Source: Piromyces finnis finn (taxonomy: Eukaryota > Fungi > Neocallimastigomycota). From it: DNA of 64,000 nucleotides. The notes under the pieces are model-generated. The model was not told the origin of the DNA, did not search any database, and saw nothing but the letters and a program-made list of their open reading frames with translations. Shown here in pieces: positions 24,876 to 36,150 of this stretch. A program made the position numbers and the translations under genes. The stretch is taken from assembly GCA_002104945.1 (NCBI GenBank), contig MCFH01000076.1:62001-126000 (forward strand), in the 5' to 3' direction. The first letter of the stretch is position 1. Every line of letters begins with the position of its first letter.

Positions 24876-25468
24876 TGTGATGCTGACATCTATTCTATTA
24901 CAATAACACTAAATTTAAAATAAAATAAAAATTGTTTTATTAAAAAATATCTTTTATTATAATAGAAATTTATTAATAACAATTACATCGATCAAAATGA
25001 TGAAAAATATTTTCTATTTATATTTTTCCTAAGTACATTTATATTATATTATAACTATTTATTTCTTATATATTATTATTTAAAATCTACACTAAAATCT
25101 TAATTATTAATAAATATTTAAACTATAATTATTTTTAGTAAAATACAATTGGCAATTCAAATTAAGTACTATTCAATTTGAATATGTGCCCATGTATTAC
25201 TGATATATTAATCATTTATTATTTATATATTATTTATCTATTTCTATGAAAAAACAATACTAAAACTAGGGATTTAAATTGAGAATTTTAATTTACTTGT
25301 TAAACATTAAAAATAAATAAATAATTTATTTTGTTTTAAACTTTAATTATTAATAAATAAATTATGTCTCATTTTCTTTTCTGAATATAATTTGTGTAAC
25401 TTAAACAATAATACTTATGGCTTAAGTTACATTAAAGATATCAAGTTGAGGCGTTTGATATCTTTACA
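24876..25468 (-). mobile_element. Solo LTR, family B
   Basis: TSD GGATC (24871-24875 / 25469-25473); near-identical to 355-970. Confidence 0.9.
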
Positions 25469-26518
25469 GGATCATAGACATTTCTTATGACTTGACGAAA
25501 ATTAAAAAGATATCAATAGAAATTTTAATTATATTAATTTAATTAATGATAGTGACTGTTACTAAAAATAGAACTAAACCATTTAGGTGTAACAGTTAAC
25601 ATTTATAAATTAAATAATTTTAATTATTATAAAATAGGTTAATGGATCAAGTGTTTAAATGATTAATCATATGTTTATTTTATTTTATGTCATGACAAAA
25701 CAAACAAATAAACAAACAAACAATCTTATTATGTTATTAATATATTACATGTAATACTTTATTTTTATCAATTTAATAATCTGAACAAAGAATATAAAAT
25801 AGAATGAATTGAATTTGATTTTAATTCTTTGTAAAGATTATAGTTATAATCTTAATTATATAGTTATTAAATATATTATCATTTATATTATTATTACTAA
25901 ATAAATAAAATTTTATAAAAAAGTTATTCTAAAGAATAAATATTAATTTTTCATTTGGAAGTTTAAAGGGTTATTTTATATTTAAATTTAATTTCTTAAA
26001 AAACATATTTACTATATAATTGATAACATTCTGACCTGGCCGCATAACCAAATCCAAAAACTTAATAAACCATATATTCTGGTCACCATTTATTGGCCAG
26101 ATATATGCATAACCATATATTAATGGTTATTAATTAAATAGGAAGTTCATTTGCTTTACCCAATCAAGTGGTAAAGAAAATAAACTAATATAGTTAAATA
26201 GTATAGTTAAAACTAACGTTAAATACTTTAGCGTTAGTATTAAAGTAAATTAATACCTATAGTAATAAATAATGTATATAATTATAATTAATAAATAAAA
26301 GATATAATTAATATATAATTATTTAAGTAAACATTGTCTCATAAAATCTTTATACGTTTGTTTATAATTATTTTAGTGTTATAATATTTATTTTATTTCT
26401 TTTATTATTTTTTATAAAACTTTACTTAGTTATTAACTCGTATAGAGAGGTAATAACTAACTTAATTAACTAAATTAATAACTTATTAATTAATAATATA
26501 AAAAACCTTTTACAGTTC

Positions 26519-27065
26519 TGTCAAAAAGCGATTTTTTATTAAAGAAAAGTTTGGTAAGCACACTAGTTATATTAATTAACAAATATAATACGCTTTCCTA
26601 TTGAAGGCGTAAAGCTAATAATATTTATATAAAGAAATTTAAATAATATTTTTATTTTAGCAATAACTTAATATCAGCATATATTAAGTTATTAAAAATA
26701 TTAAAATTTTTAAAGTTTTAGGTTTTATAGGAGTTTATAAATTTTATTAACTTTAAGTTAAAAAATTACTAACGCTAAAGCTTCGTAATTTTTGTCAATT
26801 TTTGTTCTTTTTATACATGAACAATTTTAATTATTACATTTTTTAATTTTAATTAATTATTGTCTAATTATAAAATATTTAATTTTTATAAATTAATAAT
26901 TAATATAATTATTGTAAATAGTTAATAAATTTAAAATAAAATTTTTAATAATAAAATTTTAATAATTTTAAAAAATTTAATAATTTCAAATATTAGAAAT
27001 TTTACACTTTGAAATTTTTTCCATGTGTCCAAATTTTTTAAATTTTTATATATGTTATTGTGACA
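26519..27065. mobile_element. Solo LTR, family E (inverted relative to 5131-5747)
   Basis: TGTCAAAAAG...TGTGACA; TSD GTTC (26515-26518 / 27066-27069). Confidence 0.85.
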
Positions 27066-28238
27066 GTTCTTTGTGTAAAAAACATAGATAAATTCTATAT
27101 AATTTATCTATTTTCTTATTATGACACGAATACTAGTGAAATCTACAATTTCAAGATCACTTGAAATTGTGAAATTACTTATAAAATTTCAAAATCAACA
27201 ATATTTTATTTCCAAATAAATTATAAAATTATTAAATATTTAAAAAATTTAGAAAAGGTTAAGATATGACCTTAACCCTTAATAATTTTATAACAAATAA
27301 CTTTAACCCTTATCGTCAAAATTAAATAAGGAAAAACACGCGTATCTCCTTAACGAATGGCGATTTTGGATAATTGTGTTTTTGGAAATTATGGTCTCGT
27401 TAGAAAGCCACACTTGAGATAAACAACATATCTTAAAATCAGATCAATATCTCTGCTGGTTCACGAGATATTCCAATTTAAAGATATTTTGTTAGTAATG
27501 CTTGATTGTTTATTCAGAGAATGATCACCCCTGATGTATTGAACATAAATCATTCACCCAAAAGGATATAAATTATTGTTTTAATTAAATTAAAATTATT
27601 TCCCGAATTAATTAACTTTATTTTATAATAATTATTTCAATAACATATCTTATAATCTTTGAATTAAAAGATTATAATTATTAATATTATATGCAATGAA
27701 TTATTATAATTAAGAAATGATTAATATTATAAATATATAAACAATAGTTATTTTTAATAATTAGTAATAAGTCTTAAGTTTAGTTTTAGTATTTGTAATG
27801 GTGACACAGAAAGAATAGATTAGGATATCTATTCTATTACAATAACACTAAATTTAAAATAAAAATAAAAATTGTTTTATTAGAAATATCTTTTATTATA
27901 ATAGAAATTTTATTAATAACAATTTTATTACAATAAATTAATAAAAAATAAACTATTCTTTATAAAACATTTATTTTGTGTTGTTATTGTAATAGGTTAG
28001 ATATCCTAATCTATTCGGTTTAGTGTCTGACTTTACAATAACAATTACCTAAAAGAAGAGTAACGAATACGTTAGGGTATTAAGAAGAACTTTTGGAGGA
28101 TTCTACTAGGAAATTCTACTAGAAGAAATAGAAGAACCTTTGGAGGACTCTACTTGAAGGAATAGAAGAAACTTAAAAAAAAAAAAAAATTCTAGGGCTA
28201 CCTGAGGAAGATTATCAAGAACTTTGGAACATTCTGCC

Positions 28239-29026
28239 TGTAAAGATATAAGATATATCTTTAGATTATTTAATAATTAATTATTAATTATTAAATAATA
28301 AATTAATATTTAGTAAAACTGATTATAAAATTTTTTAATAAATTTTATGGAATAATTTAATAATAAATTATTTTATAATAATTCCGTTAAATTTAAATTA
28401 AGATAAATATTTAAGTTTAAGGAATAAAAGAATTTTAATTAAATTTAAATATTTCAAATATTTAAAATAATTAAAATATTTTTTAAATACTTTTTATTTA
28501 ATTTTAGAATAGATTATACTTTTTTATTTAAATTTAGAATAGTTTAATAATTTTAACTTAGTTTTAAAAATAGATTTATTTATATTTCAATAGGAAATAT
28601 ATTAAGAATAGTATTGATAATATTAAATTAATTTATAGAAAATACATGGGCTTTATTCAATTTTGAGTTTACTCAAATTGAATTAAAAGTATAATGAATT
28701 AGTTTAGTTTAGTTCTGTTATTTTATTATTTAATTAAATTAGTTTTGTTTATTTTATATTAAATATATGTTTATTTAAATAGAATAATATATTAGAATAT
28801 AATTATGAAAAAATATAAATACATGTAATTTTTATTTGTTAAATCGATGTAATTGTTATTTTCAATTTTTTAATTATTAACTATTATATAGTTAATAATA
28901 TTTTTAAGAGTTTAAATAAAATGTTTTCTTAAAATAAAAATTTAATGTTTTATTTTTTTATTTTTGTGTTAATAAAAATTGTTTTGTTTTAAGTATGAAA
29001 TCTGTTTTAAATTTTATACTTTTACA
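28239..29026 (+). mobile_element. Solo LTR A2 in the element 4 leader
   Basis: TSD CTGCC (28234-28238 / 29027-29031). Confidence 0.92.
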
Positions 29027-32000
29027 CTGCCGGACTACAAGAAGATTTTAATCTGTCGGAACATTTTTCAAATATTTTACACTGTAAGGGCTAATATTAC
29101 GGCTGAAACTTGGAATTAACATTAGTTGATAACTTGTTCGACACTGTAATTATACAGAGAGAGTCTGTAATAACTTATTAACTTATTGTTAGAAGACGAA
29201 AATTTTAGTTAAAAAAAAATATTACTTACTTGGAATAATAGTAAGAAACACGCGTTTTTATTTTTTTAAAATTTTTAATTCTCTGTGTTTTGAATTAGAG
29301 TTGGAGGAATTAATTAATACTTTTGATAATTTAAATTTAGAAGGAATGGAAGCAAGAGGTGGTGGTTCTTCAGTAAATTCAGGGAACATTTTTAATGCTC
29401 CCCCGTTGTTTACTGGTAGACATAGAGATTTAGATGGGTTTTTAACTAGAGTAGAATTGGTATTGTATTTCGAACTCGACCGGCACTGTACAATACAGAT
29501 CGCGTCCGGGTTGATTTCGTTATTTCCTACTTCTCTGGTAGACCTCTGGAGTGGGCATCATCACTTATGAGGAATAATAGTAATGTATTGAACCGTTATG
29601 ATGAATTTATAGATCGACTCAGGGCTAATTTCGGTAGTGATCGATATGACACCGCTGTTGCAAACGGTAAACTCGATAACATTAGACAAAGAAAACTTGG
29701 TCAAGTAGTTGATTATATCACCGAGTTTCAACGAGTTAGCCAAAATTCTAGCTTCAACGAAAGTGCTAAGATCTATATGTTTCTGAAAGGTTTAAATCCA
29801 TTACTCAGAGAAAAATTGGCGTTTGTTGAAACAAACCCATCATCTTTGGAACAGTTAATATCTTCAACCATATTAGTTGAAGATATGATGAAAAGGAATT
29901 CTTTGAGTGAATTTTATTTTAATAATAGAAGGGCTAATGATCCTATGGATGTTGACGTTTTTAGAATTAGTGCTGAAAAGAAGCGTAAACGTTTCGTAAA
30001 CATTCAAGGAACTAGTAATAATTATGATGAAAGCCCAAGAACATTTGAGGAAGAAAGGAGAAAGGGGGTTTGCTTTTTGTGTAAAAATCCAGGGCATTTT
30101 AAATTTAATTGTCCAAACAGAGTAAAACCCAAGAAAGTTTTTAGAATTATTAAGGAAAAAACCCCTAAAATTGTTGAATCAAAAATTTACAAAGTAGGAG
30201 TAATGAATAAAAAAGATGATTTGAATTTCATTGACTTTTATTTAAGTACTAATGAGGTTCCTGAAGCGAAAATCAAGGTGTTGATTGATTCTGGTTCTGA
30301 GTTAAATTTTATTAACCCGGATATTGCTAAGAATCTCGATATTAAATTTGAGAATGTTGACCCATTCCGTGTTTCCGGGGTCAATGATGGAATTTCAAGA
30401 GTCTGGGAAAAGTCGGAGAAATGTATGTTAAGATGCAGGAACCACAACGAAGTTATTCAGTTGTATGGTTTAAAGGTTCCTGGAGTGGATGTTATTCTTG
30501 GATTACCTTGGATCAAAAAGCACAATCCTGAAGCTTTTTATGATCCTAAGAAAATTGCTTTTAGTTCAGGTTATTGTGCTAGACACTGTAATCATGGAAA
30601 AAGAAAAAGGAAGCAAAGAAAGAAGTCTCAAAAAGGCCAACTGGATCATGACGTCTTTGACCGAAGTCTAACCAAAAAAGTTAAAACTGACTCTACAACT
30701 CCTTTAAAAAATCCTAAAGAAAAGGAGTATGTTAAAGGCCGCCTGGTAAGAACTATTAACGAAGAAGATGATAGTGAAGATGAATTTATTAATAAAAAAG
30801 TTAAATGTATTGTAACAAAAATTAATGAAATATGTAATAATGATAATGAATCATGTAGTTATAATAATGATAATGAAAAAGATATTAATAAAGATAAATT
30901 GGTCGCCGTACCAACCCAATATTTAGAATTTAGTGAAGTGTTTAATGAAAAAAATTGTGAAGTGTTACCTCCTCATAGATCTTATGATTGTGAAATCAAA
31001 CTTAAGGATGATTCGACTTTATTTTATGGACCTTTGTATCCATTAACTGAAGTTGAAAGAGAGGAACTTAAAAAATATATTGATGATAATTTAAATAAAG
31101 GTTTTATTAGGAAATCATCGTCCCCTGCTGGTGCCCCAATTTTGTTTGTTAAAAAGAAGGATGGCTCCCTAAGACTTTGTATCGATTATAGAAAGTTGAA
31201 TGATATTACCATTCGTAATTCATATCCCTTACCTTTAATTAGTGACCTTTTGGATAGGGTGAAAAATGCTAAGATTTTTACTAAATTAGACCTTAAATCC
31301 GCCTATAATCTTGTTCGTATTAAAGAAGGTGACGAATACAAAACGGCATTTCGTACTAGATATGGACATTTTGAATATTTGGTTATGCCTTTTGGATTAA
31401 AGAATGCACCTGCAACTTTTCAACACTTCATTAACGATGTTCTTAGTGACTATTTGGATAATTTTGTTATCTCATATATTGACGATATTCTTATTTATTT
31501 TAATAATATCGAAGAACATCATGAGCATGTTAAAAAGGTACTTAAAAAACTACTTGAAAATAATCTTTATGTTAAATTAGAAAAATGTGAGTTTGATGTT
31601 GAGAAAACTACTTTTCTTGGATATGTCATTTCAAAAGATGTGTTGCAAATGGATGAGAATAAAGTTAAAGCAATTCTCGATTGGCCGGTTCCCAAGAATG
31701 TTAAAGAGGTTCAGTCTTTTATTGGTTTATGTAACTATTACAGACTTTTTTATTAAAGACTTTGCTAAAATTGCAAACCCTCTTCACTAGAAAGAATGTT
31801 GCTTTTAACTGGGTGAAAGAAGATCAAGACGCTTTTATTTTATTAAAAACTCTGTTCACGTCAGCTTCTATTCTGAAACATGCGGATAGTAATAAACAAT
31901 TTGTTGTAGAAACTGATGCTAGTAATTATGCTGTTGGTGCTATTCTCTCTCAAGAATTCGACGGCAAATTACACCCTATTGCATTTCTTTCTAAAAGTTT

Positions 32001-33479
32001 GACGAGTTGTCAAAGAAACTATCCAATATATTACAAGGAACTTTTAGCTATTGTAGTTGCTCTTGAAGAATGGCGTCATTATTTAGAGGGTGCACGCCAT
32101 CCGTTCATAAACTATACTGATCATAAGAACTTAACATTTCCTAGAAAACCTGAAATGTTATCTCAGAGATAAATTAGATGGAATTTATTCTTATCCAGAT
32201 TTGATTTTAAACTCATTTATAGAGCTGGAAAGAAATCTGGTAAACCTGATATCCTGTCTCGTAGAAGTGATCATTTGGTGAATAATATTAATTCTGATGT
32301 TTCTTGTCTTACTATCTCACCTCATCATAGCGATAACAAACCGTTAATCGATTCTATTTTATTTGAACTTAAAAATGATGATTTGTATAATTCTATAGTT
32401 CAATTTAAAACGAATGGTTCTTCTAGCAATGCTCCTATTAGAAATATTAATAAAGTTATTATTGATGATGAAGGGTTTTTGTTATTTAATAATCTTATTT
32501 ATGTCCCTAAATCTCTTAGGACAAGAGTTTTGGAACTTCATCATGATTCTGTTGCTGCTGGCCATTTCGGCATTAAGAAAACTGTCGAACTTATTTCTAG
32601 AAACTTTTGGTGGCCAAGATTCCATTCTGATGTCAAATCCTTTATTAAATCTTGCGTGACTTGTTGCAAATCCAAAGTCCCCAGACATAAGCCTTATGGA
32701 TTGTTATCCCCTTTGGACACTCCTAGTAGGCCTTGGTCTGATATTTCTATTGACTTTATTGTTGATCTTCCTAAGTCCAGAGACATGACAACTCTTATGG
32801 TTGTTGTCGATAAATTTACTAAATTTGCTCACGCCATTCCTTTACGTTGTCTTCCTACTGCTTCGATTGCTGCTGATGCTTTTATTGCTAATGTCTTCCG
32901 TTTGCATGGTCTTCCTGATTCAATCATTTCTGATAGAGGCTCGCAATTTACTTCTGATTTTTGGTCAAGACTTTGTGACCTTCTTAATATTAATCATTCA
33001 TTATCGACTGCTAACCATCCGCAGAGAGATGGTCAAACGAAGAGGGTGAACGGCATATTAGAACAATATTTCCGTTGTTTTATCAATAAAAAGCAGAATA
33101 ATTGGGTTGATCTTATTCCATTTGCTGAATTTGCATATAATAATACTCTACAGCAATCTATAAATCAATCCCCATTTTTTGCTAATTATGGTTTTCATCC
33201 AAAGTTCAGCTTAGAAATTCCATCTAATGATAGACCTAGTAGAGCTGAACAAAGAGTAATCGATATAAATGAAAACTTTAAATTATTAAAAGAAAATTTA
33301 GAAAAAGCAAAAGAAACATATAAGAAATATGCCGATATGAAAAGAATGAGTCCCCCGGAGTTCGAAGTGAGAAAGAAGGTATGGTTATTGAAAGATTCTC
33401 CTGGAACTAACTTGAAGAAAAAATTAGCACCTCAAATGCTTGGTCCATTTGAAATAATTGAAAAAGTTAGTTCTCTCGC

Positions 33480-34199
33480 TGTAAAGATATAAAGTATATC
33501 TTTAAATTATTTAATAATTAATTAATAATTATTGAATAATAATTTTGATATTTTAATGAAAAAATTGTTTATAAAATTTATTATATAAATTTTAAGGAAT
33601 AATTAAATAAAGATTAATTTTAAAATATCAAAGTTACAAATGAAATTTGGATAAATATTTAAATTAATGGATAATTAAATTTAAATATTTTAAATGTTCA
33701 AATTAAATCTTAAAAAGTTTTTATTTAAATTAGTTTAATAACTTTAGCGTAGTTTGAAATTAGTATTTTTAATTATAAATATATAATAAATAGTATTGTT
33801 AATATTTAATTAATATATAGGTAATACATGGACTGTATTCAATTTGCAGTTTACTCAAATTGAATCAAAAGTGTATTTAATTAGTTTTAGTTTAGTTTTA
33901 TTATTTTATTATTTAATTAAATTAGTATTAAATTAGTTTTGTTTATTTTATATTGAATATATGTATAATTAAATAGAATAGTATATTAAAATATAATTTA
34001 CGAAAAATATAAATGCATGTAAAATTTCTTGATTAAAACGACGTAATTGTTATTGACTATTATTTAGTTAATAACTAAATAAAATTAATAAAAGAGATAT
34101 TTTTAAATAGATTTTGTCTTTCTTGTTTCTTTTTATTTATTTCGTGTTTTATGTTTTATTGTAAAATTTTATAATCTGTTTTTTTTATATACTTTTACA
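33480..34199 (+). mobile_element. Solo LTR A1 in the element 4 integrase C-terminus
   Basis: TSD CTCGC (33475-33479 / 34200-34204). Confidence 0.92.
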
Positions 34200-34462
34200 C
34201 TCGCTTTCAAATTGAAACTTCCAAAGACAATGAGATGTCATCCAGTCTTTTATGTCTCATTGTTAGAACCATACTTTGAAAACGAGTTTAACGACAGGTT
34301 TAATCGTAGGAAGAGGAACATTCACCTTAACACAGATTTGATTGAAAAAATTCCAGAGAAAATTGAGAAGATGAAATCTGTTAATGGTGAAATATTTTAT
34401 AAGTTATCGTGGAAAGGATTTGACAAATCCACTTGGATTTCTGAAGATCAGATTCCAGATAA

Positions 34463-34967
34463 TGTAATGTTTTGAAAACACTAGATTAAACAAAACTCCA
34501 ATAACACTAAACTTTTTAATACACTTTTCCTTTTTTGGTTTAAGGTTTTATTATTTTATTAAAATGTTATTAACTACTTAATAGTCAATAACAATTACAA
34601 CTATTTAAATTTACATGAAATTTCGAACTATTTATATTTTTTGAGATTACATTATAATATATATCTAACTAATTTATTTATATTGCTATTCAATATAAAA
34701 CAATCCTTAAGAATCTTAAATATAATAATTTAATTTCACAATATTAATGACTCAAATTTTAATGTAAATCTTTATGAAAATCCTTTAAGAGATTTTCATT
34801 AATTTTTTTGAACTTTATTTATTATAAATTTTATATGTTACACTAAGTGATGAATAACTTTGGTTCACGTAGCACAATAAGAATTTTTTGTGATTGAGAA
34901 ATTAGTTTTTTCTCTTGAAGATTATTAAATAAATTATTTAAATATTGATTATTTAATAATCTTTACA
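34463..34967 (-). mobile_element. Solo LTR, family C, just after the element 4 chromodomain
   Basis: TG...CA; TSD GATAA (34458-34462 / 34968-34972); carries a TATA box and GTAATTGTTAT on the minus strand. Confidence 0.85.
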
Positions 34968-35434
34968 GATAAACAATTAATACAAGAGTTTGAAAGAAAC
35001 TCTAAAAAGTCAAAACATAAGTCGAACGACTCCTCCATGAAAATTAGAAAGAATAAAGTTGGTAATCTAATCAAGCACAGATACCAACCATTTGTAATTG
35101 AAATACCCTCGAGAAAGGATCCTTTATAAATTATTCTCGCAGGAGCTCGACTTAGAGAGAGAGATTGTAAAGATATCAAACACCTCAGCTTGATATCTTT
35201 AATGTAACTTAAGCCACAAGTATTATTGTTTAAGTTACACAAATTATATTACAGAAAAAGAAAATGAGACATAATTTATTTATTAATAATTAAAGTTTAA
35301 AACAAAATAAATTATTAATTTATTTTTAATGTTTAACAAGTAAATTAAAATTCTCAATTTAAATCCCTAGTTTTAGTATTGTTTTTTCATAGAAATAGAT
35401 AAATAATATATAAATAATAAATGGTTAATATATC

Positions 35435-36150
35435 TGTAAAAATTTTAAAATTTAAAACAGATTATAAAATTTTTTACAATAAAACAAAAACACTAAATAA
35501 AATAAAAAAACAAAACAAAATTTATTTATATCCTCTTTTATTTATTTTTATTTAGTTATTAACTAAACTATAGTCAATAACAATTACATCGTTTAACTAT
35601 GAAATTTTACATGTATTTATATTTTTTACAAATTATATTTTAATATACTATTCTATTTAATTATACATATATTCAATATAAAATAAACAAAACTAATTTA
35701 ATACTAATTTAATTAAATAATAAAATAATAAAACTAAAAACTAATTAAATACACTTTTGATTCAATTTGAGTAAACTACAAATTGAATACAGTCCATGTA
35801 TTACCTATATATTAATTAAATATTAATAATACTATTTATTATATATTTACTATTAAAAAATACTAATTTAAAACTACGCTAAAGTTATTAAACTATTTTT
35901 AATTAAATAAGAACTTTTTAAGATTTAATTTGAATACTTAAAATATTTAAATTTAATTATCCATTAATTTAAATATTTATCCAAATTTCATTTCCAACTT
36001 TGATATTTTAAAATTAATCTTTATTTAATTATTCCTTAAAATTTATATAATAAATTTTATAAATAATTTTTCATTAAAATATAAAAATTATTATTTAATA
36101 ATTATTAATTAATTATTAAATAATTTAAAGATATATATTATATCTTTACA
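35435..36150 (-). mobile_element. Solo LTR A1 inside the element 4 3' LTR
   Basis: TSD ATATC (35430-35434 / 36151-36155). Confidence 0.9.

Larger units (their letters stand above)
29346..35129 (+). pseudogene. Element 4 gag-pol pseudogene (Gag, CCHC, PR, RT, RH, IN, chromodomain)
   Basis: CFLCKNPGHFKFNC; LIDSGSE; YIDDI; VETDAS; HDSVAAGHFG; LGPF; YKLSWKGF...TWISEDQI. Frameshifts at ~29480, ~31750 and ~31790; stop at 32170; insertions at 33480 and 34463 whose removal restores the frame (SSLA-FKLK; IPD-KQLIQ). Confidence 0.88.

Noticed and set aside
23180-26514. Additional complete LTRs or elements in this interval
   Set aside because: Candidate starts (23202, 24456) and an end (26514) are visible, but I could not pair them with TSDs or find coding remnants, so they are not called as features.
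27794-28037. MITE with ~45-bp terminal inverted repeats
   Set aside because: No TSD (GTATT vs ATAAC); both arms are explained as U5 ends of B-type LTRs, and the right one is followed by a PBS.
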